Assembly: GCA_003252295.1 (NCBI GenBank)
Contig: QKEV01000015.1
Coordinates: 24,242 to 88,241 of the forward strand
DNA: 64,000 bases
Direction: 5' to 3'
DNA from: a bacterium
GTDB lineage: Bacteria; Patescibacteriota; Minisyncoccia; Phycocordibacterales; UBA12088
Below the pieces are notes generated by a model. The model had not been told where the DNA came from, searched no databases, and saw only the letters and a list, made by a program, of their open reading frames with translations. The position numbers and the translations under genes are program-made. Numbering within the stretch: the first letter of the stretch is position 1; every line of letters begins with the position of its first letter. Shown piece by piece: positions 9,709-19,851 of this stretch.

Positions 9709-10074
9709 ATGTCAGAAAAAGTAGCAACACCTATAGTACCGAGTCTAACAAGACTCTTTCACATGGAAACAGCACAAAGTGCACCATTTAACTATTTGTA
9801 TAATAAGAAGCATAGTGGTGAGTTTATTGTGTGTGTTGAAGACACAGATCAAGCACGAAGCAAGAAAGAGTATGAAGATGATTTTACATACGACGTCGTA
9901 AGGGATGCAGTATGGGAGTATGATGAAGAAGTAGGGAAGGGGGATGTGCTCTGGCTACTGCGTGTTGCACTCTCTGGCAAGGAACGTTCCCCTGGCCCAT
10001 TCTTACTTGCTGAGTCACTTGGAAAAGAGGAAACACTGACATGTATTCAAGGAGCAAGAGTGGTGTATAGCTAG
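9709..10074 (+). pseudogene. gltX: internally deleted, decayed glutamyl-tRNA synthetase relic
   Basis: N-term PSLTRLFHMET...FNYLY..KHSGEF...EDTD fused in frame to C-term LRVALSG...SP...LGKEETL; HIGH motif destroyed. Confidence 0.8.
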
Positions 10075-10084
10075 TTAAAAACAT

Positions 10085-11419
10085 ATGTCGTACGTAGTGT
10101 ACAAAAAAATAGCAACACTCATGACACTATTTTCGTTAGTGTGTGTGCTTGCTCTTGGTACTGCGTTGCAGATTGTTGGTGCAGAAGAGAGTGTCAGTGA
10201 GTTACGTGATAAGATCTCTGAGAGTCAAAAGCAGCTCAAGCTCATTGAGGAAGAAATAAAGAAGTATGAGCAACAGTTGAACGAGGTTGGGGCTGAGAAG
10301 GCAACACTGCAGAGTGCTATTCGTGAACTTGACCTCTCTCGTGAGAAAGTGAAAGCAAACATTCGTGCAACCGAGGAAAAGATATCCTCAACGGATCTAG
10401 AGATTGAAGAGCTTGAACGAGAGATTTACATTAAGGAACTTGAGATAACAAAGAACATGGAGGCAGTTGCTGAGACCTTTAGAAGTGTTGATCAGACTGA
10501 GGGGCAGACGATAATAGAGGTGATACTCGGTCATGACTCTATGGCAGAAGTATGGGATGAGCTTGAAGAGCAGACGCTCTTACAAGACTCACTTCGTCAG
10601 TCAGTGCGTATCCTGAATGCTCTTAAGACTGAGTATGAGAAAGCAAAGAACAAATCACTGGTAAAACGAGGTGAGCTTCAGGAGCTGAATAACGAGTTGA
10701 CCGGTGAGCAGAAATCACTCACCAATACGATATATCAAAAAGATACACTGCTTGATCAAACAAAAAATGAAGAGGCGGAGTATCAGCGTGTTCTTGCAGA
10801 AAAGAAAGCTGCAAAGGAGCGATTTGAAAAAGAGATAAGTGATTACGAAGCAAAGCTCAAGTTTATTTTGGATCCATCAACCATACCAGCTGCAGGTAGC
10901 GGTGTTTTGAAGTGGCCGTTTGAGCCGAGTTACATGGCGGACTGTCCAAGCTACGCTTCAGCGCTTGGTAACCAGTACTGTCTAACACAGTACTTTGGTA
11001 ACACTGCATTTGCGCAGTCTGGAGCATACAATGGACAAGGGCATAATGGTGTAGACTTTAGGGCTCAGATTGGTACAAGGGTGAACGCAGCTCTTGGTGG
11101 TACGGTACAGGAAGTGAACTATATCGCAGCGCAGAACTGTCAGTATGGTAAGTGGGTTCTCATAAAGCACGGCAATGGTCTTACAACACTCTATGGACAC
11201 CTTTCATCAGTGAGTGTTTCCAAGGGACAGTCGGTTAGTACAGGACAGCTTATTGGATACAGCGGTAACACTGGCTACTCAACAGGACCACACCTACACT
11301 TTACGGTATATGCATCAGATGCTGTACAGTTCAAAGACTACACCTGTAACAGTGGTCCAACGGTAAAGGTGCCGGTATCTGCTTATACGGGATACTTGAA
11401 CCCACTTAACTACTTGTAA
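10085..11419 (+). CDS. M23 peptidase with long coiled coil (EnvC/CwlO-like)
   Basis: HNGVD, YGHL, STGPHLHF motifs. Confidence 0.9.
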   Translation: MSYVVYKKIATLMTLFSLVCVLALGTALQIVGAEESVSELRDKISESQKQLKLIEEEIKKYEQQLNEVGAEKATLQSAIRELDLSREKVKANIRATEEKISSTDLEIEELEREIYIKELEITKNMEAVAETFRSVDQTEGQTIIEVILGHDSMAEVWDELEEQTLLQDSLRQSVRILNALKTEYEKAKNKSLVKRGELQELNNELTGEQKSLTNTIYQKDTLLDQTKNEEAEYQRVLAEKKAAKERFEKEISDYEAKLKFILDPSTIPAAGSGVLKWPFEPSYMADCPSYASALGNQYCLTQYFGNTAFAQSGAYNGQGHNGVDFRAQIGTRVNAALGGTVQEVNYIAAQNCQYGKWVLIKHGNGLTTLYGHLSSVSVSKGQSVSTGQLIGYSGNTGYSTGPHLHFTVYASDAVQFKDYTCNSGPTVKVPVSAYTGYLNPLNYL

Positions 11420-11449
11420 AAAACTTTTATAAGAGTAACGTAATTGTAT

Positions 11450-11722
11450 ATGGATAAGGAACAAAAAAACTCACACCAAAATGAGGTGAAGAAAGAAATA
11501 CAAATACAAGTGCCACGTGACATGAAGCCAATGTATGCAAATAGCGTAAAAATAAATGTCACTGATGAAGAAGTGATGTTGCAGTTTGCATACCTTCGTC
11601 CTGATCAAGGTACTGGTGTCTTGGTTGGCGATATGGTGCTTTCGCCAAAGCATGCCATGCGTTTTCAGAAGGCACTTGATGAGACCTTAAAGAAACACTT
11701 TACCAGGCATCTACCTGAATAG
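11450..11722 (+). CDS. DUF3467-like small protein
   Basis: YANSVKI...LQF...LSPKHAMRFQKAL pattern. Confidence 0.65.
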   Translation: MDKEQKNSHQNEVKKEIQIQVPRDMKPMYANSVKINVTDEEVMLQFAYLRPDQGTGVLVGDMVLSPKHAMRFQKALDETLKKHFTRHLPE

Positions 11723-12060
11723 TCTAAGGTGAACGTACGTACACATAAAGATGAGCAGTGTCATATGTACTCTGCTCATTTTTTTAATGATAAAAAATAG
11801 TTACTAAATATTGTGCGACATTAAAACAGGGGATTAAAAGGGTAGAGCAGAGTAAAACGGAGTAGTGCACTACCTCTAAGGTATGGTGTGGACCTGTTAG
11901 AGGTGTGTCATAGACTGGTGGTGTGATACATGTATGTAGACGTATAAAATATTTTTAAAAAAAGTGATCAAAAATTTCAGTAAAATAATTTTGTATGATT
12001 TTTGTACTGTGGATAACTACAGCACGCTTAGACGAGATATTTGGCTGTATTGTCCACTTT

Positions 12061-12088
12061 AATTCGTTTTACATATATTGTGCGAACC
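12061..12088. other. candidate dif-like Xer recombination site
   Basis: Reverse strand ggttcgcacaa-tatatg-taaaacgaatt resembles a dif XerC arm plus 6-bp spacer, directly upstream of the Xer gene; shared atattgtgcga also at 11808-11818. Confidence 0.4.
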
Positions 12089-12116
12089 AATGTATATGCT
12101 ACAATAGCACTACCCT

Positions 12117-13088
12117 ATGAAGATTCATCGTAGTTCAGAGCCAATAATTGAGCACATTATTCCTTTTCTTGACTACTGTGAGGTTGAGAAAGGTCTCTCA
12201 CAAAATACGCAGAAGAATTATCACCAGTACCTCCAACTTTTTACAAAGTGGCTTAGAGAGACTGGTAATGACTCCCTACTCCCCCACCAACTTGAGGGTA
12301 GTCATATTTGGGACTATCGACTATACCTCGCTCGTAAGTATAAGACGTCGAGGGGCGACTATCTTACAAAGAAATCTCAAAACTACTACCTCATTGCTCT
12401 TCGCGCATTACTAACCTACCTCACTGATCGTGACATCGAGACACTACCTCCATCAAAGGTGAAGTTGGCAAAGCAAAAGACTGAGGAGACGATTTCTTTT
12501 CTTGAGGTACGCGACATCGAGAAGATGCTTGCGATACCTGATACAACGACGTCGGTAGGTCTTCGCAATAGAGCTATCATGGAACTGTTCTTCTCGTCTG
12601 GTATGCGTATTTCTGAGCTCGTAGCACTCGATGTGGACCAGGTATCGTTTCTTGGTGATGGTAGTACCACGAGGACCTATGAGCTCTCCATTGTTGGTAA
12701 AGGAAGTCATGTGCGAACTATTTTTATCTCACCTCGTGCTGCTGAGTGGTTGCGTACCTACATCAAGAAAGAACGTCACGATGTACACAGGCCGCTCTTT
12801 ATTAACTTCCGTTCGAACTCAAAGAGTAGACGCCTTACTGCTCGTTCTATACAGAAGATGATCTCTCGCTATGCAATACTGGCTGGGCTCTCAAAGAAAG
12901 TGACGCCACACACCTTGCGACATACCTATGCTACTGACCTACTCTCCCACGGAGCGGACCTGAGGAGCGTACAAGAGCTTTTAGGTCACAAGAATGTCTC
13001 TACTACACAGATTTACACACATGTCACCAACAAACGTCTACGTGACATACATGAAAAGTTCCATGGTGGCAGTGATATGGAGCAGTAA
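12117..13088 (+). CDS. XerC/XerD-family tyrosine recombinase
   Basis: N-terminal SAM-like domain; SGMRISEL, GKG, HTLRH, LLGH, TTQIY catalytic motifs. Confidence 0.93.
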   Translation: MKIHRSSEPIIEHIIPFLDYCEVEKGLSQNTQKNYHQYLQLFTKWLRETGNDSLLPHQLEGSHIWDYRLYLARKYKTSRGDYLTKKSQNYYLIALRALLTYLTDRDIETLPPSKVKLAKQKTEETISFLEVRDIEKMLAIPDTTTSVGLRNRAIMELFFSSGMRISELVALDVDQVSFLGDGSTTRTYELSIVGKGSHVRTIFISPRAAEWLRTYIKKERHDVHRPLFINFRSNSKSRRLTARSIQKMISRYAILAGLSKKVTPHTLRHTYATDLLSHGADLRSVQELLGHKNVSTTQIYTHVTNKRLRDIHEKFHGGSDMEQ

Positions 13089-13181
13089 TGCTTGAATCCC
13101 CTACTGTTGTTACTAAAACAAATCAACCCCGGGCTGCATGTATGTAGCGCGGGGTTGTATAAAATTTCCTTCTCGTTGCAC

Positions 13182-13958
13182 CTACCAACAGGAGGAGTTT
13201 GTGAGAGTTTTATCAATACATGTAGTAACCATGCTCACATTGATCTCAGAGCGACGATACTCATGGTCTACTTTTGGTATTACTTGGAATATGAAATTCT
13301 TATTTTGCTGATCACAGTACTTTTGTATATCTTCAGGGGTGCAGGTACTGTCATGCTCTCCTGCAAAGACAAATACCGGAACCTGCACTATGTGTGATTC
13401 AAGCAGTATGTCATATCGTGAGAAGTCGAGTGCATATGTGTATGGTACTAAGTACTCTAAACTGTACGTTGGGTTGTTAGGTAGATCTCTATTTGAGACC
13501 TTTACACCCTTTTTCTTCCAAAGAGAAAGGGTGTGCTCTGTCATTGCTCTTTTTACGGAGGGCATGATAGCGATCACTGCTTGTGCCATTCCATATCGTG
13601 CGGCAAAGAGTATTGCACAAGTTCCGCCAAGTGAATGTCCGCCTACGACAAGGTGGGAATACACTCCCCTTGTTTTCATGTACTCAATAATGGAATTGAA
13701 GTCCTGAAGTGTTTGTGTTATTGAGTAGTTATCGATTCTGCCATCACTGCTCCATGTGCCTGTTGGGTCAAATGTGACCACAGTATACTCGTGCTTTCGG
13801 GATATGAGTTCAGCTATTCGTGTGAGTCCCAGGTAGTCTTTTGAGTCAAGGAATCCCGGACAGAGCACCAGTAGCTTGTTCGAGTTTCGCTCTGCAAAGT
13901 AAATCGTAATCCCAATGGTACCGCTGGTTCCAGGAATAGTCTGCTGTTTAATATCCAT
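13182..13958 (-). CDS. alpha/beta hydrolase
   Basis: GHSLGG nucleophile elbow, GEHD, DH. Confidence 0.85.
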   Translation of the reverse strand: MDIKQQTIPGTSGTIGITIYFAERNSNKLLVLCPGFLDSKDYLGLTRIAELISRKHEYTVVTFDPTGTWSSDGRIDNYSITQTLQDFNSIIEYMKTRGVYSHLVVGGHSLGGTCAILFAARYGMAQAVIAIMPSVKRAMTEHTLSLWKKKGVKVSNRDLPNNPTYSLEYLVPYTYALDFSRYDILLESHIVQVPVFVFAGEHDSTCTPEDIQKYCDQQNKNFIFQVIPKVDHEYRRSEINVSMVTTCIDKTLTNSSCW

Positions 13959-14115
13959 TATCTCCCCCTTTTTTCTCTGAAGTTAAGAATTTTACTTTTT
14001 ATTATTGAACTAACCATTTATTACAATACAATATTATGTAATTTTGTCTAGTAATACAGTGCCATGATGCACAACAATCCGCCTAAGTAAAACATAGGCG
14101 GATGTTTGTGTAGTG

Positions 14116-14631
14116 CTACGTCGCACTGAGCCGTTTCTGAGATATGATAGTTTTCAGACGGATAAGCGATTGGTCAAACAACTTCTTGTACACTGGTGTC
14201 TTCTCTGTACTCTCAATAAATACAAACTTTGTGTCACCTAATATCAGAAGTTTTTCCAGGGCAATAGATACTTTTCGTTTTTGACCTCTCTTTCCAATAA
14301 ATACCACTTTGCCAGGTACTACATTTCCCCTTTCAAAGTAAGCTTCGCATTGGGACAGGTACCCTTCTAGTGTTGCAGAGTTTTGCTCGAGTACAATTTC
14401 TGCACATGCACCTTCTTGAAAAAGTAACTGGCAGGTGAGATCAGCTGCTGTTCCCGCAAGAGTGTTTCCAGAAACATCTTCTTTCTGCCCATTGAAGACA
14501 ATGTACTTTGTCTCTGCTTCGCTTTTCAGTACCTCCTGTACCGCTAACTTACATCGTTCAATGTGGTCCGCTGTAAGTTTGTTTGAAACGAACGTGTCAC
14601 CATACACAATCACTGCAAGTATCTCTTCCAT
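14116..14631 (-). CDS. hypothetical protein, possibly a degenerate DUF218/YdcF fold
   Basis: AVIVYG...ERCKLA...IVFNG...IVLEQNSAT layout; strong SD. Confidence 0.55.
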   Translation of the reverse strand: MEEILAVIVYGDTFVSNKLTADHIERCKLAVQEVLKSEAETKYIVFNGQKEDVSGNTLAGTAADLTCQLLFQEGACAEIVLEQNSATLEGYLSQCEAYFERGNVVPGKVVFIGKRGQKRKVSIALEKLLILGDTKFVFIESTEKTPVYKKLFDQSLIRLKTIISQKRLSAT

Positions 14632-14717
14632 AGCACACCTCCCCTTTAGAGTGAAAACTATTTACTAGTTTTATAGTAAGACAGTGTTGCTGTTTGTCAA
14701 TGCTAGCTATAGGATAG

Positions 14718-15206
14718 CTAGCTGTTTGTTGTCACCTCAGCACAGCGTACGAGTGAAAAGGTGTTTTCGACAATCCCTCCGTCTTTGCCAAAGAAAAAGG
14801 TTCCCTCAAAGCACTTCCCTTTGAGGAGTTCAGGAAGCCAGTAGATATCATCTGGCCACATGTCGTCATACGGTATGTCATCAACCTTGTACCAAACTGG
14901 TCGCATCTCTTCTGACTCTGTTGGCGTACCGGTGTAGTCTCTGGTGCCAAAAATATGCACCTCGAGGATCTCATCTGGTTTTTCGAGGAACCGAAACTCG
15001 AGTACACCGTGAGCCTTGAGGTTGGCAACAGTAACACCTGCCTCTTCCTCTGTCTCACGTATGGTTGCTTCTTCTATGGTTTCGCCCTCCTCTACCTTGC
15101 CTCCAAAGCCGTTCCATTTTCCCTCTCCGAAGCCACGCTTCTTCATGCCGAGGAGTACTCTATTCTTCTGGTGGAGTATGCATAGTGTGAGCACCCTCTT
15201 TTCCAT
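14718..15206 (-). CDS. Nudix hydrolase, MTH1/8-oxo-dGTPase-like
   Basis: GMKKRGFGEGKWNGFGGKVEEGETIEEATIRETEEEAG; MWPDD. Confidence 0.9.
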   Translation of the reverse strand: MEKRVLTLCILHQKNRVLLGMKKRGFGEGKWNGFGGKVEEGETIEEATIRETEEEAGVTVANLKAHGVLEFRFLEKPDEILEVHIFGTRDYTGTPTESEEMRPVWYKVDDIPYDDMWPDDIYWLPELLKGKCFEGTFFFGKDGGIVENTFSLVRCAEVTTNS

Positions 15207-15290
15207 ATATACAATGTAGCATTATTTATAAATACAACAAAGGTCTTATCAGTTGTACTGATAAGACCTTTTATTATCTGAAGTAGATAG

Positions 15291-15476
15291 TTATATATTT
15301 TCCCACCAAGGCATAAGGAGAGCTGCAGCACCAGTAAGCGGTAATACTATAGGACCGGAGATGATTCGTACAGGAAGTGATGCATTGGTCCAGAGGGGCC
15401 ATGCGTGATGTGCGGTGATACAAACCGGTACCACAACAACACCTGTCATAAATTTAAATATGATACTCCAGTTCAT
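15291..15476 (-). CDS. small hydrophobic hypothetical protein
   Basis: 61-aa ORF with two hydrophobic segments, flanked by hairpins. Confidence 0.45.
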   Translation of the reverse strand: MNWSIIFKFMTGVVVVPVCITAHHAWPLWTNASLPVRIISGPIVLPLTGAAALLMPWWENI

Positions 15477-15580
15477 ACTCGTTTAATGGATAACTAAAAA
15501 AGCACTCTTACGAGTGCTTTTTTAGGGGCTTCCAGCTAACCACTAAAAATACAATCGTGTATCTCTAGTATAGGATGCTT

Positions 15581-16072
15581 TTAGCGCATTGCAAGTAGGT
15601 TGTCGTTCCAACAAGCGCTCGATGCGCTCCATGGTTGCGTTCCCTCTTTTTCGTAAAGGTATCGAGCGTACGCGAGGTTGTCCTCTAGGTTCGTAAGCTC
15701 AAGTCCCATGTTTTCTGCCGTTTGCTCGTGGTAGTACTCATTGATCTGCATAACGCCGACATCTAATGGGTTTACTCTTCCACGAGTTACCAAGCCAGTA
15801 GTAGGATCAATGTGAGTAAAATGTGATTCACATCGAGCTACTTCTGCCATGATCGGTATATCTTCAAAATATGAACGTACTTCTTCTTCTACTGTGAGGT
15901 CTGAGTTAGCAAGTGCTATCCCCTTAACCTTTAGTATTTCTCCTTGTGCTGCGACTGTTTGAGTCTGCACATCAGTGTTTAATTCTATCGCAACAGTTGG
16001 TACCGTTAGAAAGGTTGAAGCTGCTGCCACTCCGTAAGCGATAATCGTGCCTAAAATAAGCCGTATCTTAAT
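15581..16072 (-). CDS. secreted lysozyme/SLT-like transglycosylase domain protein
   Basis: ARCES, GVMQIN, YARYLY..EG..PW; start uncertain (GTG 16030 or ATT 16072). Confidence 0.75.
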   Translation of the reverse strand: MKIRLILGTIIAYGVAAASTFLTVPTVAIELNTDVQTQTVAAQGEILKVKGIALANSDLTVEEEVRSYFEDIPIMAEVARCESHFTHIDPTTGLVTRGRVNPLDVGVMQINEYYHEQTAENMGLELTNLEDNLAYARYLYEKEGTQPWSASSACWNDNLLAMR

Positions 16073-16262
16073 GGTAAGGACCCTGACGTATCAGGACCGC
16101 TTCAAATACTGTACACACGTTTTTTACCGAAAATAAAAAACTGCAGGTGTACTGCAGAAGCAGACACATTATAGCATTTTAACCCTTGACAGTCAAGGGT
16201 TAAATGTGGTGTAATGTTAGAAAATGAAGCGAAAAAAAAGCAAATAAATAGGTTTTAAGCCA

Positions 16263-17111
16263 TTATTTGTCTTTACGGATTTGCTGATTAACGTATACCA
16301 TGGCGCCGTAAAGTCCACCCATGTCCTCAAGTTTTGCTTTTTTTACAGCTGGTTTATCAGGATAAATACAGAGGATGTCATCGAGGTGTTCAGCTATCCT
16401 ATCTACCGGTATTGCAGGGTCACCTACTATCATAGAACCACCAAGAACAACTGAATTTGGTGCCCAATGTACGATAGTGTTGTTGAGCATGAAGGCGAGC
16501 CAACGAGAAAGTTGCTCCCAAACCTCTGGTTCCATCACCTCGTATGCTTTTTTATGAAAACGGTGCTCAGTTGCGGTTCCAGAAAGATAGTCTTGTGCGA
16601 CAACTGAATAGCACTCAGGACATGCAGACTTGTCAAAATCAATGATCTGGTGTCCTGGTTCAAAGTTATGGACACCCTTATCAAGATGTCCGTCAACTAT
16701 TCGTGTACCACCTACTCCTGTTGAGACAGTAATATAGGCCATTATTTTATCACCCTTCCCTGCACCATGATGCGCCTCGCCAAGTCCGACAATAGCAGTA
16801 TCATTGCGCATGTATACTGGGCATCCAAGTTTTGTACTCAGGTCCTGTACGAGTGGTTTCCCAGCCCAGTCTGGAAGATTTGGTGAGTTAATGAGCATGG
16901 TGTGTTCACTATCAACCGGACCGGCCACACCACCTCCTGCAGCTTCTATTGGTGTACCATCAGCGAGTTCCAAAATCTTTTCTGTAACAAGCGCTATACC
17001 TTCGTTATAGTCTTTTGGTGTGTCGAACTTAACAGGATCATCAAAACTGTTGCCATCGAGTGATATGACGACACGTGATTTTGTTCCTCCAATATCAAAA
17101 TATGCAAACAT
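16263..17111 (-). CDS. ROK family sugar kinase (glucokinase-like)
   Basis: DIGGTK, ND...LGE, STGVGG, EPGH; adjacent to pgi. Confidence 0.88.
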   Translation of the reverse strand: MFAYFDIGGTKSRVVISLDGNSFDDPVKFDTPKDYNEGIALVTEKILELADGTPIEAAGGGVAGPVDSEHTMLINSPNLPDWAGKPLVQDLSTKLGCPVYMRNDTAIVGLGEAHHGAGKGDKIMAYITVSTGVGGTRIVDGHLDKGVHNFEPGHQIIDFDKSACPECYSVVAQDYLSGTATEHRFHKKAYEVMEPEVWEQLSRWLAFMLNNTIVHWAPNSVVLGGSMIVGDPAIPVDRIAEHLDDILCIYPDKPAVKKAKLEDMGGLYGAMVYVNQQIRKDK

Positions 17112-17116
17112 ACATG

Positions 17117-18415
17117 TTATTTATCGAGTAATCTACGGACCTCTTTTTTATACATTTCAACTGCTGGTTGATCAAAAGCATTTACATCAAATATTTGAGC
17201 AAGGTACATGATAGCTACCATGTGTAGTGCCATGAATGCTCCAAGTTCACGCTCATTTATCTCAGCTAGTTCGATCGAAATGTATGGCAAACCATGGTTT
17301 TCGTATGTTTTTTGTACGCCACGTAGTATAGCGGTCATAACATCACCATCTTGCTTTTCTTCAAGTACTTCAAGCATGAAAGGTGAATCTTTTATGAATG
17401 ACCCACCTTTTTTATTCCAGACACTTGGAGCACTTACAAAGGTAGTAAAGCGATCATTGTGTCCTCCAAACACGAGTTGTCCAACTGAATGTAGGTCTAT
17501 AGAACCGATCTCAACTGTGGGTGTAAAGCCAATCTTGGTACCATCTTTACGCTCCTTACCAATAGATTCGGCAAGTAGTTGGCGGTACCACTTTCCAAGT
17601 GTCTCAAGTTCAGGGTGCCATATGAAGAGTTCGTGTACACGTGAACCTTGCAAGTATGCCTCAAATAGGTACGCTGCTATAACAGCAGCACTGGAAGCTT
17701 TTTCGGGTGCAACAGATGCACTTATGGCACGTTGTGCGCCAAGCATGAATGCTTTTGTGTCAAAGCCAAGTAGAGCGAGTGGTACAAGGCCGACAGCAGT
17801 AAAGACTGAAAAGCGTCCACTAACCATACTTGGGAAGCTGATGACTGATATGTTTTTTTCTGTTGCTGACCTTGCCAGTGGACTTTCTGCATCGGTGATA
17901 ACAATGGTCTGTTCACTAGCTTCTTTGGTGCCATAATGTTGCACCAATATCTCATAGAGTATATTTGCGTTTGCAATGGTTTCGGTTGTGTTTCCTGATT
18001 TACTTATCACAACGAGAGCAATCTCTTTTGGATTCTTGTGTGAGGTGACAACCTCGTTTAAGGCAGCTAGCAGTTTTGGTTCGATAGTATTTGCGGTGAT
18101 GAGTCTTGGTGTTGCCTCACTTGTAATGTCATGATGACCACGAAGTGCATCATATACTGCACGGGTACCCATATCACTTCCACCAATACCAACAAGGAGT
18201 ACTGTTTTTACATCAGATCCAAATCTCTTCAACTCCTCCAGTACCTCGTCGTGCCTTTTGGTGTCAAAAGGAATTCTGAGGGATGCTTCAGGATTTGAGT
18301 AGGTCTCGTCAAGAATGACTTGCTCAAGGTGTTTTTTGTAGGTTTTAAGCATCTGCAGGTGTGCGAGCACCATGTTCTCTGAAGCTTTATCTGCATGTTG
18401 TGTATGTATTTCCAT
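17117..18415 (-). CDS. pgi: glucose-6-phosphate isomerase
   Basis: GIGGS, SKSGNTTET, GRFSV, QLLAESIGK, FDQPAVE. Confidence 0.92.
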   Translation of the reverse strand: MEIHTQHADKASENMVLAHLQMLKTYKKHLEQVILDETYSNPEASLRIPFDTKRHDEVLEELKRFGSDVKTVLLVGIGGSDMGTRAVYDALRGHHDITSEATPRLITANTIEPKLLAALNEVVTSHKNPKEIALVVISKSGNTTETIANANILYEILVQHYGTKEASEQTIVITDAESPLARSATEKNISVISFPSMVSGRFSVFTAVGLVPLALLGFDTKAFMLGAQRAISASVAPEKASSAAVIAAYLFEAYLQGSRVHELFIWHPELETLGKWYRQLLAESIGKERKDGTKIGFTPTVEIGSIDLHSVGQLVFGGHNDRFTTFVSAPSVWNKKGGSFIKDSPFMLEVLEEKQDGDVMTAILRGVQKTYENHGLPYISIELAEINERELGAFMALHMVAIMYLAQIFDVNAFDQPAVEMYKKEVRRLLDK

Positions 18416-18428
18416 ACTATACTATCTA

Positions 18429-19154
18429 TTACTTTTCGGTTACCTTGTCTGTATCTTCGTTGTTCCCATTACCGTCAAGTTCTTTTATGAGCTTGTATGC
18501 TTCGTCAGCAGAATCAACAATATGGAAGAGCGCTATATCGTCTTTCCCGATAGTTTTGTGCTCTTCATAGAGTGTGTGTGTAAACCAGTCAATGAGTGGC
18601 TGCCAATACCCTTTTCCGAGGAGAATAATAGGCACTTTAGTTATTTTCCCTGTTTGAATAAGTGTTACCAGTTCAAAGAACTCATCGAGTGTACCAAAGC
18701 CACCTGGGAAGTAGATGTATACTTCGCTAGCAAATGAAAGCATCACCTTTCTTGTAAAGAAGAAGGTAAAAGTTTCAGAATCAGTAACATAGCTGTTGAG
18801 TCTTTGCTCATGTGGCAGCTTAATGTTCAAGCCGACTGAGTGAGCCCCTGCTTCATATGCTCCCTTGTTTGCGGCTCCCATAATACCACCACCACCTCCA
18901 GTAATAATCGTAAAACCATCCTTACCAAGTAGGTAGCCAAGTTTTTGTGACTCTTGGTACCAGTGACTGTCAGGTAGTGAACGTGCTGAACCAAATACGG
19001 TTGCTGCAAGCTTGTATTTTCGTAAAAGGTCAAAACCTGAGACGAACTCAGCCATTATTCTAAAAATTCTCCATGATGTAGCAGATACATCCTCTTCCCC
19101 TTGCTGAAGAAGCTCATGCTCCGGTGAGCGTAGTTTTGTATTTTTTGGATCCAT
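18429..19154 (-). CDS. LOG family (TIGR00730) nucleotide-binding protein
   Basis: FGSAR, TGGGGGIM, PGGFGTLDE. Confidence 0.9.
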   Translation of the reverse strand: MDPKNTKLRSPEHELLQQGEEDVSATSWRIFRIMAEFVSGFDLLRKYKLAATVFGSARSLPDSHWYQESQKLGYLLGKDGFTIITGGGGGIMGAANKGAYEAGAHSVGLNIKLPHEQRLNSYVTDSETFTFFFTRKVMLSFASEVYIYFPGGFGTLDEFFELVTLIQTGKITKVPIILLGKGYWQPLIDWFTHTLYEEHKTIGKDDIALFHIVDSADEAYKLIKELDGNGNNEDTDKVTEK

Positions 19155-19325
19155 GTAGGTAGAGTATAGCATGGTGTACTGGGTCATTTTTTTCTCCACG
19201 TGTGAGTAATGAGTGCAAAAGCGATGTATTGACAGTATGTATGTATATGTTGTATAAAATTAAGCAGGAAATAGTTTCGACTTTATTAGACAAGACAACA
19301 TTACCTATTACAGGAGGAGAAACAA

Positions 19326-19805
19326 GTGAAAAAAATGACACAAAAGTTATCAGGGCTTTCTCTAAGTGTGTGTATTGTTTTGCTTTTGACCTGCAGTGTG
19401 TATGCAGATGAATGCAAGAGGGTGGAGACACATGCTTGTCTGCAGCAAAAGGTTAAGTACGTTGTACTCATTTTTGATGAAGAACAGCTAGAGACAATGG
19501 CTACCATTAGTCAAATTACGTTGCGATTTCACGCTGACCACCAGAGACCATGTATATGGTATCCATCATGCATCGAACGGTACGACGGTACCCACAACAT
19601 AGTAGCAGATATACGTTTTAACGATATCAATGTTACTGTTAGTGAAATTTGCAACCGTGTTGTTTCTGAAGCCTACAATCACTTAAAGCCAACCAACTGC
19701 GTCGTGGTTTTTCGTAATGAGCAAGAGTATGCTCAAGTGATGAAGGTTTCGGAGTTTGGTCTGAGTAGTGCAGAAGTTTCTGTGCTGAAGGTTGAAATAA
19801 TGTAG
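19326..19805 (+). CDS. hypothetical secreted protein
   Basis: GTG start after aggagga; signal peptide; followed by hairpin gccagtttt/aaaactggc. Confidence 0.65.
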   Translation: MKKMTQKLSGLSLSVCIVLLLTCSVYADECKRVETHACLQQKVKYVVLIFDEEQLETMATISQITLRFHADHQRPCIWYPSCIERYDGTHNIVADIRFNDINVTVSEICNRVVSEAYNHLKPTNCVVVFRNEQEYAQVMKVSEFGLSSAEVSVLKVEIM

Positions 19806-19851
19806 CACAACTTTATGCTGCCAGTTTTACAAAACTGGCAGCATGTTTGTT

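Noticed and set aside
12117-15476. Prophage or island mobilised by the tyrosine recombinase
   Set aside because: The protein is housekeeping Xer-like. No phage genes or flanking att duplication were found.
17208-17936. Long antisense ORFs (e.g. 242 aa opposite pgi; 184 aa opposite rsgA)
   Set aside because: Shadow frames of well-supported genes, with no motifs or start signals.
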